From positions 96,001 to 160,000 of the forward strand of contig CAWBEI010000002.1 of the NCBI GenBank assembly GCA_963787835.1: 64,000 bases of DNA. The letters are read 5' to 3'. A model generated the notes under the pieces. That model saw only the letters and a program-made list of their open reading frames with translations, did no database searches and was not told where the DNA came from. This document shows, piece after piece, positions 1 through 9,904 of this stretch; positions within the stretch are counted from its first letter, which is position 1; every line of letters begins with the position of its first letter. A program made the translations under genes and the position numbers. Origin of the DNA: Ignavibacteriota bacterium (GTDB lineage: Bacteria > Bacteroidota > Ignavibacteria > Palsa-1295).

Positions 1-1
1 G

Positions 2-325
2 CGAGTGGCGTTGGCAATGATCTTAGGCGGCGCAATTGGGAATCTGATCGACCGTGTTTTCTACGGAGTCATCTTCCATGAACAGCCGCTTTTTTATGGC
101 AGGGTCGTCGATTTCATCAACTGCGGCCTTCACCGAAATATGTTCCCAGTTTTCAACGTCGCAGATTCCTCTGTGAGTATCGGCGTCGGTGTTCTTGTCA
201 TCCTGCTTATGCGGCATAAACAAACTGCGCCAGTCCTCGCTGAGAATACATCTCCAGCCGAGCATTCCTCCGATAGTTCGATGGATGCGACCTCCCATGA
301 GGCTGCTGAATCCTCGCTGATATGA
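2..325 (+). CDS. lspA: Lipoprotein signal peptidase II (5' end outside the window)
   Basis: [15 protein letters not shown] and PVFNVADS motifs of peptidase A8; overlaps the start of the next gene. Confidence 0.93.
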   Translation, partial: RVALAMILGGAIGNLIDRVFYGVIFHEQPLFYGRVVDFINCGLHRNMFPVFNVADSSVSIGVGVLVILLMRHKQTAPVLAENTSPAEHSSDSSMDATSHEAAESSLI

Positions 326-1377
326 TCTCGCTGGAGCAGGCTGCCACCGAATCTTCGCGGCACGTCCTTGACATCTTAGTTCCGAAGGGCGAGCACCCCG
401 AACGGGTCGATCAATACCTTTCGCGCGTGATCGCACATAGCTCTCGCTCGAAAGTTCAGAATGCCATTGCCGCCGGCGCCGTTCTACTTAATGGGAATAT
501 ATTAGATCGACCATCCTATAAAGTCCGAGGCGGCGATGTGTTCCAGATAACGATCCCGCGACCAGCACCAAGCCACGCGGAAGCGGAAAATATTCCGCTC
601 GATATTGTTTTCGAAGACGATGCGCTCATTATCATCAATAAACCCGCAGGGATGGTCGTGCATCCCGCGCACGGGTCTCGCAGTGGGACGCTTGTCAATG
701 CGCTATTGCATCACATTCGCGAATTCCGCGCCGATCATCCCGGCAGCGATCCCGAACGTCCGGGAATTGTTCATCGGCTCGATAAGGACACATCAGGATT
801 GCTTGTTGTTGCTAAAACCGAAGAAGCACATCGTAATCTCGCAAAACAATTTTTCCATCATACGGCACAGCGAATCTATAATGCAATTGTGTGGGGAAAT
901 TTCAAGGAACGATCGGGACATATTGAAACGCTCATTGGTCGCCACCCGCGCGACCGCAAGAAATTTGCCGTTATCAATGAAGCACCACTCTATTTAAAAG
1001 AGAAAGAAGGCGGCGGCGGTAAAATTGCAATTACCGATTACGTTGTCCTGGAAGACTTTCTTGGGTTTTCGCTCGTCGAGTTGCGGTTGCAAACGGGCCG
1101 CACACATCAGATCCGCGTTCACATGCAGCATATCGGACACCCTGTGTTTGGCGACGCAGTATATGGCGGTCGCGCAATGAACGTCATGCGGCAGGATATT
1201 CCGCAATGGAGATCGAAGGCAGAGCATCTTTTAGAGTTGCTTCCGCGTCAGGCGCTACATGCCCGCACGCTGAAGATTCATCATCCTACAACCGGCGATC
1301 TCATGGAGTGGTCGGTACCATTGCCAAAAGATATGGAGCGAGTGCTCGAGGGAATGAAAGAGATAACCAAAGATTAA
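322..1377 (+). CDS. rluD: RluA/RluD-family pseudouridine synthase with N-terminal S4 domain
   Basis: [19 protein letters not shown] (catalytic Asp), [16 protein letters not shown]; usual lspA-rluD adjacency. Confidence 0.92.
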   Translation: MISLEQAATESSRHVLDILVPKGEHPERVDQYLSRVIAHSSRSKVQNAIAAGAVLLNGNILDRPSYKVRGGDVFQITIPRPAPSHAEAENIPLDIVFEDDALIIINKPAGMVVHPAHGSRSGTLVNALLHHIREFRADHPGSDPERPGIVHRLDKDTSGLLVVAKTEEAHRNLAKQFFHHTAQRIYNAIVWGNFKERSGHIETLIGRHPRDRKKFAVINEAPLYLKEKEGGGGKIAITDYVVLEDFLGFSLVELRLQTGRTHQIRVHMQHIGHPVFGDAVYGGRAMNVMRQDIPQWRSKAEHLLELLPRQALHARTLKIHHPTTGDLMEWSVPLPKDMERVLEGMKEITKD

Positions 1378-1826
1378 TCTAATCCTGTCACGATCTTCCA
1401 CTCTTTCTCTGTCACCGGAGTGATCGAAAAACGGGAGCCTTTTTGAAGGATACCCATTTTTTCGAGACCTTTGGTCTTGCGAAGCTCAGCAAGCGTGATC
1501 GGCCGTTTGAGGTGCTTAACATATTTTACTTCCACGCACATCCAGATCGGATTTGCCGGAGTTGATTTGGGATCGTAGTGGCTGTCCTTGGGATTAAGCG
1601 CGGTTTCATCAGGAATAGGCCCACTGGCAACTTCACAGATGCCGACGATAGCAGGCTCTGCGGTGCTCGAGTGATAGAAAAACCCTTTATCGCCAACTTT
1701 CATTTGATCGCGCATGTAGTTCCGCACCTGGTAGTTGCGAACACCCGTCCAGGCGGTGGTGCCGTCGCGTTTCAGGTCATCGATGGAATACGATTCTGCA
1801 TCCGTTTTTAAAAGCCAGTATTGCAT
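1374..1826 (-). CDS. EVE domain-containing protein
   Basis: YWLLKT..YSIDDL..WTGVRNYQVRN..FFYHS..YDPKS..RFSITPV signature. Confidence 0.92.
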   Translation of the reverse strand: MQYWLLKTDAESYSIDDLKRDGTTAWTGVRNYQVRNYMRDQMKVGDKGFFYHSSTAEPAIVGICEVASGPIPDETALNPKDSHYDPKSTPANPIWMCVEVKYVKHLKRPITLAELRKTKGLEKMGILQKGSRFSITPVTEKEWKIVTGLD

Positions 1827-1841
1827 AGGAGTAAATTAAAA

Positions 1842-1980
1842 GTCATTGCGAGGAGCATCGAACGACTCGCGTGATCGGTCATGCGTGAGGGAGTTCGATG
1901 TGACGAAGCAATCTGTTTCCACGAAGGGATTGCTTCGTCGAACTTCTCCGCTATCGCTCCGAAGTTCTCCTTGCAATGAC
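1842..1980. repeat. Multi-stem palindromic element of the GTCATTGCGAG...GCAATGAC type
   Basis: Terminal IR gtcattgcgaggag/ctccttgcaatgac; internal IRs gacgaagcaatc/gattgcttcgtc, catcgaac/gttcgatg, gaacttc/gaagttc. Confidence 0.8.
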
Positions 1981-2031
1981 ACTTTAGATAGAAGGAACAT
2001 TCCCGAAGTACTTTCACTTTCACGTAAGTTC

Positions 2032-3042
2032 ATGTACATTCCTCGATACCACCATCTCTTTGCCTCCGGTGAGCTTGCTCGCCGAGCGGAGCAGTTGAAC
2101 GCCATGCTTGCTTCATGCAATATTTGCCCACTCGATTGCAATGTGAACCGGCTGGAAGGCGAGATTTCGCGATGTTATTCTGCAAAGCTGCCTATCGTTT
2201 CATCCTATTGCCCTCATTTTGGTGAAGAACCGGCATTGGTTGGTACTCATGGTGTGGGAAATATCTTTTTTGGCAACTGCAATCTAAAGTGTAGTTATTG
2301 CCAGAACTATGAGATCAGCCAGCGATGGAAAGAGGAACGGAAGAACGAAGTTTCTATCGACCGTTTAGCAGAAATGATGATCGAATTGCAGGATGTCCAC
2401 CATTGCCATGCGATCGGTTTTGTTTCTCCAACGCATTTCGTGCCGCAGATGGCCCAAGGAATTCTGGAAGCCTGTAAACTCGGATTGGATGTCCCAATCA
2501 TTTATAATACGAATGCGTATGATTCGGTCGAGGTGTTGCAAATGCTCGATGGCATCGTCGATATTTATTTGCCGGATATTAAATATTCGGAAGATGAGAT
2601 GGGTTACCAGTATTCCGGTGTGAAAGAATATGTGCGGCATTCACGCGCTGCACTTGCGGAGATGTACCGACAGATGGGTGATGAACTTCTGATCGGTGAT
2701 GACTGCCTGGTAAAACGTGGTCTTATCATTCGGCATCTCGTGCTTCCTAACGATCTCGCCGGCAGCCGTGAGACGCTTGAATTTATATCAGATGAGCTCT
2801 CGAACCGGGTAACGCTTTCGGTGATGTCGCAATATTACCCCACGAATAAAGTTACTATTGAGAATGCCGACAAATTCGAATCACTGCAACTACTCAATCG
2901 CCGGATTCGTGAGCGCGAATATGACAAGGTGCTCGACCTGCTCGATGAATTCGGTTTCGAGCATGGCTGGGCACAGGAATTCGAAAGCCAGGATTATTAC
3001 CGGCCGGATTTTTCCAATCGGGTAACGCCATTTTCTTTGTAG
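2032..3042 (+). CDS. PflX-like radical SAM protein
   Basis: CNICPLDC.VNR..G...C, HFGEEP, CNLKCSYCQN (CxxxCxxC), YLPDIKY, IIRHLVLP. Start moved to ATG 2032 (MYIPRY) because the upstream in-frame part is the palindromic element. Confidence 0.88.
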   Translation: MYIPRYHHLFASGELARRAEQLNAMLASCNICPLDCNVNRLEGEISRCYSAKLPIVSSYCPHFGEEPALVGTHGVGNIFFGNCNLKCSYCQNYEISQRWKEERKNEVSIDRLAEMMIELQDVHHCHAIGFVSPTHFVPQMAQGILEACKLGLDVPIIYNTNAYDSVEVLQMLDGIVDIYLPDIKYSEDEMGYQYSGVKEYVRHSRAALAEMYRQMGDELLIGDDCLVKRGLIIRHLVLPNDLAGSRETLEFISDELSNRVTLSVMSQYYPTNKVTIENADKFESLQLLNRRIREREYDKVLDLLDEFGFEHGWAQEFESQDYYRPDFSNRVTPFSL

Positions 3043-3097
3043 CCGTGACCTTTAGGTCACGGTGTATCTCGCACCGTAACCTAAAGGTTACGGCTAC
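3039..3097. repeat. Inverted pair of GTAG-type REP palindromes, likely also a bidirectional terminator
   Basis: gtag-ccgtgacctttaggtcacgg and ccgtaacctaaaggttacgg-ctac between convergent genes. Confidence 0.75.
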
Positions 3098-3726
3098 TTT
3101 CGTATTTCTCCCGTCTCCATGCTCCAGAATAGAAGATCAAGCTCATCCATTGAAATGTCAATACGTTTCGCGAATCGCTTCCATTGCTTTTCGATCTCAA
3201 GATAACGTCTCGTGGTCAGGCTTGCAGGTATCTCCTTAATGACATGCAGGCGAAGCAAATGTTTCAGAATATGCCGGTCGAGAATTGCCAGCCCACGCAC
3301 ACCGATATTGCGTAGAAAATGGGATGATTCTTTCAAGCCTAATCCTTTTACTGAATCGAGCATGATGTCTCGCTTATGTTCTGCGGTAAGCGTTGAATTA
3401 GTGAGGTGTATAAGAAATTCCGGAAAAGACTCTCGTATCACAAGCAACCGTTTCGCTTTTGTGTTGTGGAACCGAATGTAATGTTTGGGATCTCTTAAAT
3501 AGGATGTTGGATCGAACCCTCTTCCGAAAAAATCATCGCGTTCAAGTTCGATGATCGTCTTCTCAGCATTTATTGCGCTTGATTGCGGCGTAAGGATGCA
3601 AAATGCGAGTTCATAAAAATAGTGCGAAGCTGGAACAGCAGCAAAATCTTCGAGCCTGTTACGAATGGCTTCGCTTCGCTCGGCATACGTAGTGTTCCAC
3701 GGCTCGGGGAGTTTAGCCTTTGGCAA
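3094..3726 (-). CDS. ogg: 8-oxoguanine DNA glycosylase/AP lyase (archaeal/Thermotoga Ogg type)
   Basis: ELAFCILTPQSSA, RFHNTKAKR, HhH motif VKGLGLKESSHFLRNIG, AILDRHI, DLLFWSMETGEIRK C-terminus. Confidence 0.9.
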   Translation of the reverse strand: MPKAKLPEPWNTTYAERSEAIRNRLEDFAAVPASHYFYELAFCILTPQSSAINAEKTIIELERDDFFGRGFDPTSYLRDPKHYIRFHNTKAKRLLVIRESFPEFLIHLTNSTLTAEHKRDIMLDSVKGLGLKESSHFLRNIGVRGLAILDRHILKHLLRLHVIKEIPASLTTRRYLEIEKQWKRFAKRIDISMDELDLLFWSMETGEIRK

Positions 3727-4633
3727 GCGTAAACACTCCTTCCTCAGACTGGGTAATGAATCCTTCTTCTGTTAACAAAAATAAGATAGAGGTGACGAAT
3801 GGGACAAAGCCAGGTTCGGAAATTTTATAAATTTTTCTTAACTCTGACAAAAGATTGCGTTTGGTGATGGTTTCACTTTTTGAAATGAGATGAAGAATTC
3901 TCCCACGCCATATCCGGCGAGGTTGTCCAAAATGGCGCCTTTCAGATGAGGTGACGCTTTCGGAAACTTCTGAAGATAGCTTCCCTGCACTTTTGCAAAA
4001 TTTCTGAACGGGACATACGCTGCATTTCGGAGCCTTCTTCGTGCAGACTGTCGATCCAAGATCCATCAGAGCTTCGTGCCATGCAGATGATTTCCCTTTG
4101 GGAAAGATCGAGGCATCCAACTCGTAAATATCGCGCATCGGAAGTTTATCATTGGAATGCTTCATTGGCTTCCACCACCGAGATAGAACGCGTTCGATGT
4201 TGACATCGACGACGGGAACATCCTCATTATAGGCAAATGCAAGAACTGCACTTGCCGTGTAGAGACCAACGCCGGGCAGCGATCGCAATTCCGACAAAGA
4301 TTTCGGGAAGGTTCGTAACGTACTAATAGCTTTGGCTGTTTGATGCAAATTCAAAGCACGGCGATTATACCCAAGTCCTTGCCATGCACGAAGCACATCG
4401 GCGCGAGACGCAGATGCAAGCTGTTTAACGGATGGGAATTTACCAAGAAATTCCGGAAGTTTTTTCTCGACCTGCTTTACGCCTGTTTGTTGCAGCATGA
4501 ACTCGCTTACCAATACCTCGTACGGAGACCGTCGAAGTCCTCGCCAGATGAAGCTGCGTTTGTTTGCGCGATGCCACTCCAAAAGGATCGGCACGGCTCG
4601 ATGCAATCGCGCACGCGTAGCATGGTGAAACAT
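3713..4633 (-). CDS. mutY: A/G-specific adenine glycosylase
   Basis: PYEVLVSEFMLQQT, WQGLGYNRRA, LPGVGLYTA, VDVNIERV, CTKKAPKCSVCP..C Fe-S motif. Confidence 0.93.
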   Translation of the reverse strand: MFHHATRARLHRAVPILLEWHRANKRSFIWRGLRRSPYEVLVSEFMLQQTGVKQVEKKLPEFLGKFPSVKQLASASRADVLRAWQGLGYNRRALNLHQTAKAISTLRTFPKSLSELRSLPGVGLYTASAVLAFAYNEDVPVVDVNIERVLSRWWKPMKHSNDKLPMRDIYELDASIFPKGKSSAWHEALMDLGSTVCTKKAPKCSVCPVQKFCKSAGKLSSEVSESVTSSERRHFGQPRRIWRGRILHLISKSETITKRNLLSELRKIYKISEPGFVPFVTSILFLLTEEGFITQSEEGVFTLAKG

Positions 4634-5040
4634 TAGCTTGGAATTCCTTCGTGAATTAATCGCTCCAATATTGCTTTGTTACCGGAAAGATGCAACAGTG
4701 TGGGAAGAACTTCATTTGAGATCCATTCGACGCGATTAAATTCCATGTTGGAAATTTCTCGGTTCCATTGCCGAACAAGAAAATAGGAGATGCCATAGGT
4801 CATTCCGTTGGAATATGTCGCAATCTCCGAATCCCATAATTCCGCGTCGGACATTTCGATCCCAAGTTCTTCGCGTAATTCGCGCTGAAGCGCATCCTGC
4901 GCGGTTTCACCGGCTTCAATTTTACCTCCAGGAAATTCCCAGTGTAAGGGATAGACTTTGTCTGTCCTTCGCTCCCCCATGAGGACTAAGCCATCCCGAA
5001 CCAACAGCGCAACAGCAACCCTCACTATCGCGTGGCTCAT
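4633..5040 (-). CDS. mutT: NUDIX hydrolase, MutT-like (d)NTP pyrophosphohydrolase
   Basis: WEFPGGKIEAGETAQDALQRELREELG NUDIX box; directly upstream of mutY. Confidence 0.8.
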   Translation of the reverse strand: MSHAIVRVAVALLVRDGLVLMGERRTDKVYPLHWEFPGGKIEAGETAQDALQRELREELGIEMSDAELWDSEIATYSNGMTYGISYFLVRQWNREISNMEFNRVEWISNEVLPTLLHLSGNKAILERLIHEGIPS

Positions 5041-6296
5041 GCGAATCTCAATGCTTCAAGCGGCTGCATCTTTGCAGCGATACGTGCAGGGACCAGTGTC
5101 GCGGAAAGCGCAAGAACGAGCGAAATAACAGATACCAGAGCATAATGCTGCCATTCGATCGAAACCGGAACCGAGGACATAAAATAAATTTCCGAGCGCA
5201 GCTTAAAAAAATGAAAATACGATTCAGCAGAGCAAAGGATCAATCCAAGCAGATCTCCCAACAGAGTTCCGACAAGCGCGATCATCATACCCTGCGTGAT
5301 AAAGATTTGTGAAATTCCGGGAGTGCTTGCGCCCAGCGATTTCAGAATTCCAATAGATCGCGTTTTCTCGATCACGATCAGAAGCAGCGTAGAGATCATA
5401 TTGAATGCCGCGACAAGAATAATAAGTCCTAGAATGATAGGAATAGGTTTCTTTTGGAGGTCGATCCACGCAAAGATAGTGGGGTACACATCATACACGC
5501 TGCGCGCAATGTAAGGATAGAACAGCACGTGATTGAGCGAATCAGCAACCGGGCCCGATGCTTCGAGTGTTGGCGTTCGAATATCATATCCACTCACTTG
5601 CGTCGAACTGAAGCCGTTGAATATCTGAGCTGCGCGGAGGGTGGTATAGGCAAGCATATCATCATATTGAGACATGCCGGTTGCATAGGTTCCAACGATC
5701 CGGAACCGATGCAAATTAGCGAGAATGTCCTCGCGGGTTCGAAGCCGTTCGTTGAAACGGATCGCGGCGATATTCTTTCCTGTCCCCGTAAAGAGCTGCT
5801 TTGCCAACCCTGCACTGATAATAATGGGATCCACAGAATCCGGCAACGATTCAGCAAGCGCCTTGCCGGTGACCATGCGCTTCATCGCCAACACGGTCGT
5901 ATCCGATGGAAGAATACCCCTAAGTTCTACGCCAGCCACGCCACGCGGGGAGCGTAAAATTGCTTCATGTTCTACGAACGGGCTTAGTTGAGTGATTCCG
6001 TGAACTTTCTGCGTTAGGAACCGGGAAGTTCCTTTGTAATCCGGTAGCGGCCGGTTACCGTAGGAAGAGATCTCAACATTCGAGGTGAACCCGAGCACAT
6101 TCTCGGTCAGGGTTTTTTCAAAACCGCTAAGAATGGAAAGCGTGACGACCAACGCAGCGGTGCCAAGCATGATCCCTCCGGCAGAAATAAAAACAATTCC
6201 TGAGATCCATCGGCGTTTTGTTGCGCCATCCGCCCCCTCGCGCTCACTGCGCCGGGAAAGAAGATAACGGGCTGCTATGTAACGTGGGTAACGGAT
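5037..6296 (-). CDS. lolE: LolC/E-family lipoprotein-releasing ABC transporter permease
   Basis: IAARYL N-terminal motif, ALVVTLSILSGF, VAAFNMISTL..IEKTRSIGILKSLGA, P.EALRF. Homology extends upstream of ATG 6170 to ATC 6296, so the start is uncertain. Confidence 0.85.
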   Translation of the reverse strand: MRYPRYIAARYLLSRRSEREGADGATKRRWISGIVFISAGGIMLGTAALVVTLSILSGFEKTLTENVLGFTSNVEISSYGNRPLPDYKGTSRFLTQKVHGITQLSPFVEHEAILRSPRGVAGVELRGILPSDTTVLAMKRMVTGKALAESLPDSVDPIIISAGLAKQLFTGTGKNIAAIRFNERLRTREDILANLHRFRIVGTYATGMSQYDDMLAYTTLRAAQIFNGFSSTQVSGYDIRTPTLEASGPVADSLNHVLFYPYIARSVYDVYPTIFAWIDLQKKPIPIILGLIILVAAFNMISTLLLIVIEKTRSIGILKSLGASTPGISQIFITQGMMIALVGTLLGDLLGLILCSAESYFHFFKLRSEIYFMSSVPVSIEWQHYALVSVISLVLALSATLVPARIAAKMQPLEALRFA

Positions 6297-6323
6297 GGGT
6301 GCGCTAGAGAATATGATCTAAAT

Positions 6324-7082
6324 CTATTCCTGATCGATACCGATAGTTCCGGTGGCCATCGGTCCGGTTGCCCTCAGCGTATAATAGGCGCCACTTTCGC
6401 AAAGCTGCACGGTTTGAAATGGAACTGGTGGCTGTGGGTTCGAGGGATCATCAATTCTCAAATAGAATGTGTGCTCGCCAGCCGGAATCAATGCATAATA
6501 ACTAAAATTGAACGCGGGAATGGATTGTGGTTTACCATTTGCAAAAAAAAGGGAATTACCTACTGCGCCCGTATCGACGAAAAATGGCCCCTCAGCATCG
6601 GCGATCCCATTGATCATCCTGAAATAGCAGTAGCCCGGAGGAGGAGGTGTAAATTTTTCAGAATCATAGCTTCGGACGAGTTCCAAGCTGCTATCGACAC
6701 CATTCGTAAGCAAGAACAGCCCGTAAGTGTTCATCGTCTGTCGAAGCGGAGGAATAGGTACCAATTTATACCCACCTAAGCTCGGAATGTTTGCGTAGAA
6801 AGTCGATGACGTATCCGGACGAATAGGAATGTAGGTGTTCGGGCAGGAATTTCGAGCGGTTGTGAATGGGGTAGAATCCGCCTGATAAAGATTGATCAAG
6901 GTGGCTACATTTCCCGGGAACATCGATACGAACCGAATCCAAGCCCGTCCGACCGTATCACGAACGGAATCCACAACGGTTAAAGAATCTACTTTTGTCG
7001 TCTCAACCGTCTTTGTACAGGAGTTCACCGAGATAATAACGATTATCCCAAATGCAAATGGCCACCAGCGATGAATCTTCAT
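6324..7082 (-). CDS. Putative lipoprotein, DUF4397-like beta-sandwich repeats
   Basis: Lipobox-like SVNSC; two similar modules (WIRFVSMFP and YFRMINGIAD), SYYALIPAG, GAYYTL. Confidence 0.55.
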   Translation of the reverse strand: MKIHRWWPFAFGIIVIISVNSCTKTVETTKVDSLTVVDSVRDTVGRAWIRFVSMFPGNVATLINLYQADSTPFTTARNSCPNTYIPIRPDTSSTFYANIPSLGGYKLVPIPPLRQTMNTYGLFLLTNGVDSSLELVRSYDSEKFTPPPPGYCYFRMINGIADAEGPFFVDTGAVGNSLFFANGKPQSIPAFNFSYYALIPAGEHTFYLRIDDPSNPQPPVPFQTVQLCESGAYYTLRATGPMATGTIGIDQE

Positions 7083-7172
7083 AATTACATAACACCGTTC
7101 TCGTGAAAAGATTTTGATGCTAATAATTATGGGATTTGTTGTGACTTTCTGGCTCTAACCTGTGTCTTATTA

Positions 7173-9272
7173 GTGATGCGTAGTCCAGAAAATCGGTTTT
7201 TGAGGATAGGATTGCTCGGATTCCTGATCGTGTTGAGCGTCCAGGCACTGATCGTGGGCAATGCTTTCGGCAATGTCCGGCTTGCTTTTGATTCGACCAG
7301 CCTGGATTTTGGCAATTTGGCCATCCTTGGCTCTCGAGAACTCGCGCTTGAAGTCTGGGATACGGCTACGGTAGATATCGAGATCGATAAGCTCTCAATA
7401 GCAGGTTCTGCTGCCGGTGATTTTAGTATCGTTTCCCCCACTCAATTTCCGGTCGTTCTGACACCCGGAGCTGTACCTACGCAGATCATCTTGAAATTCA
7501 AGCCTCCGGTGGTAGGGAGCCGGTCGGCACAACTTGCGATCGAAACCACGGATGGTTTGGTGACAATCCCGTTGCTTGGATATGGAGTAGCCGGTGCAAC
7601 GCTTTCGTGGTCCGTTCCAAGTATTGCCTTTGGGGCAATTCCTCCCGGTATTGCGCTCGACACCATTATTGAGCTATACTCTGAAGGCACGGATACTTCC
7701 GAGATCGACGAGCTTTTGGTAGCTTCCTCCGATAATTCCTTCACGGCCCAATTTGCTAATGGCATTACACCACCGATATTTTTAGCACCGGGAGATTCGG
7801 TGGCCGTGCAGATCGATTTTCAGGGACTCCCACTCGAAGGAACAAAGGACGCATCTTTGACAGCAATCGGTACCATGTTAAACAGCCCCACTTGCGATCT
7901 ATCGGGAGATGTTGAATTGGGATCGTTTGAGATCCTTCCATCACCAACCTTCGATTTTGGAGTGATGTATATTGGGCAAGTATTGGATACCACGATCAAG
8001 CTGGTCAACACTGGCAATGTGAGCTTAGAGTTTGAATCACTTAACCTTTCCCCTTCCGGTGAAGATTTCACCATTCGGAACCTTCCTCCACTTCCCTTTA
8101 CACTTCCGGTCGGGGACACATTGTTGATACCTATCGAAGTAAATCCTGGAATTTCAACCGGCCACCGCGCGCAATTGCAGGTGGTCTCGCAACAAGCGTT
8201 ACCCAATTTTATACCGGATAACCTCGTCGTTTCCGTAACAAACCCTCCGATCTCTGAACCATCGGCACAAACATTGTCCTATTATTGTGCAACGCGCGTT
8301 CCCATCTTTGATACCATACCGGTGGTCAACTCCGCATCACAAATCGTTGTACTATCAGGCGTGGAATCGAGCGATTCCTCTATTAGTCTTCATTCCAGTG
8401 TTTCCTTCCCAGATACCATTCCAGCGGGAGCCACACAGCCGATCGTTATACAGTTCGAACCCTCGGCATCCAGTTCGGACACACTTGTTCTTTCGATGCT
8501 CGGAGGATCGCAGGTAATGATCTCTGACTCATTGTTGCTTCAACCGTTGCCTACGAAAGCTAATACAGGCATTATTGGTGCTGCGGCTGCGGGATCGACA
8601 AACCAGCATATCGAAGTGAGCACCGTTAATGGGCTGGCATCCTTCGGTCTGGACTCGATCATCGTTCATATTGCAGTAGAGAATCCGAACGTAGCAACGA
8701 TCGACCCTTCTACAATACTATTGGCCCCTGGAATTGCAAATGCGATCATCGCTTCGATACAACCCGAGCCCGGTGGCTACGCAATTACGATCTCATCGAC
8801 ATCTCCTCTTGCGATCCCCGCAGGGAATTCGATCGTCGTGATGAATCTCAACCGATATGTCTCAAATACAGATTCAACCGGATTCACCGCTATGATCGAA
8901 ACTCCGGCACTTGATGGGTGTTTGGATTGGACAGCAGATACCGTCACAGTGAACGGCCCGATGATCTGTGGCAGCGCTACTCTTCAGGCCTTTCTTTCAC
9001 AGAACCCTCTGAATATCCTTGCATCCCTTCTTGAAAACCCTGTGTCCGGCCAGCGAGCCGATCTTTCCATCACTTCAAGCCAGACTTGCGATACCCACTA
9101 CGACTTGATCAATGCCCTTGGTGAAATTCGGTCCCAAGGCGCTCTTCATCTTGTGTCTGGATCGAACGAGTGCAATATTTCTTTTTCGGGATTTCCCGCT
9201 GGTATTTATACGTTTCGGCTCATCTCAGAACAAGGGCCGACCGTTACACTGCGATTAGTGAAAATCAATTGA
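7173..9272 (+). CDS. Secreted protein with tandem ASH/choice-of-anchor D Ig-like domains and probable T9SS C-terminal sorting domain
   Basis: Repeated xLDFG..L.PG....I...F.P modules; C-terminal ENPV...LINALGE...PAGIYTFRL...LRLVKIN. Confidence 0.75.
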   Translation: MMRSPENRFLRIGLLGFLIVLSVQALIVGNAFGNVRLAFDSTSLDFGNLAILGSRELALEVWDTATVDIEIDKLSIAGSAAGDFSIVSPTQFPVVLTPGAVPTQIILKFKPPVVGSRSAQLAIETTDGLVTIPLLGYGVAGATLSWSVPSIAFGAIPPGIALDTIIELYSEGTDTSEIDELLVASSDNSFTAQFANGITPPIFLAPGDSVAVQIDFQGLPLEGTKDASLTAIGTMLNSPTCDLSGDVELGSFEILPSPTFDFGVMYIGQVLDTTIKLVNTGNVSLEFESLNLSPSGEDFTIRNLPPLPFTLPVGDTLLIPIEVNPGISTGHRAQLQVVSQQALPNFIPDNLVVSVTNPPISEPSAQTLSYYCATRVPIFDTIPVVNSASQIVVLSGVESSDSSISLHSSVSFPDTIPAGATQPIVIQFEPSASSSDTLVLSMLGGSQVMISDSLLLQPLPTKANTGIIGAAAAGSTNQHIEVSTVNGLASFGLDSIIVHIAVENPNVATIDPSTILLAPGIANAIIASIQPEPGGYAITISSTSPLAIPAGNSIVVMNLNRYVSNTDSTGFTAMIETPALDGCLDWTADTVTVNGPMICGSATLQAFLSQNPLNILASLLENPVSGQRADLSITSSQTCDTHYDLINALGEIRSQGALHLVSGSNECNISFSGFPAGIYTFRLISEQGPTVTLRLVKIN

Positions 9273-9311
9273 GCCCTCCTTTACGACCAATAGATAGCCC
9301 CGTTTGAAGGG

Positions 9312-9902
9312 ATGGAACAATTTACCGTTCAGGATATTCGCCGGGATCTTCGTGTGCGTTTACTGCGAGAGCGCGATGCGCTATCTACGGAAATGCGTCA
9401 TCGCCTGAGCCAAACGATCACGGAACGATTGTGGAGCTATCTCCATGAAAAGCACTGCCGATCCTTTCATTGTTATATCAGCTTTCGATCTGAAGTAGAA
9501 ACGCAGCCATTCATTATACGATCGCTGGAAGATGGACTACGTGTAACAGTTCCTATTGTCCAATTGGACGGAGAGAATCGCTCCCTTGCCCATTCGGAAA
9601 TCCACAGCCTTTCTGATCTGGCGGGTGGTGCATTTGGCCTCCAAGAGCCCGTCGAGCGAATTCCAGCGCGGCTCGATCTGTTGGATATGGTGATCGTACC
9701 GTTAGTTGGATTCGATCGAAGAGGAACTCGGCTTGGGTATGGCATGGGTTTCTACGATGCGTTCCTGCGCGAACTACCCCGAACAACCGAACGCATAGGC
9801 CTGGCCTTCGGAATCCAGGAAGCGGATCTCATCCCTCTACTGCCGCACGATGAACCGCTCGATACGATCATCACGGAACACGAAATAATCCACGTTCACT
9901 GA
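9312..9902 (+). CDS. ygfA: 5-formyltetrahydrofolate cyclo-ligase
   Basis: YISFRSEV, FGLQEP, VPLVGFDRRGTRLGYGMGFYD, HDEPLDTIITE. Confidence 0.93.
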   Translation: MEQFTVQDIRRDLRVRLLRERDALSTEMRHRLSQTITERLWSYLHEKHCRSFHCYISFRSEVETQPFIIRSLEDGLRVTVPIVQLDGENRSLAHSEIHSLSDLAGGAFGLQEPVERIPARLDLLDMVIVPLVGFDRRGTRLGYGMGFYDAFLRELPRTTERIGLAFGIQEADLIPLLPHDEPLDTIITEHEIIHVH

Positions 9903-9904
9903 AT

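Noticed and set aside
1846-2031. 62-aa N-terminal extension of the radical SAM ORF
   Set aside because: It is mostly a translation of the palindromic element; family similarity begins at ATG 2032.
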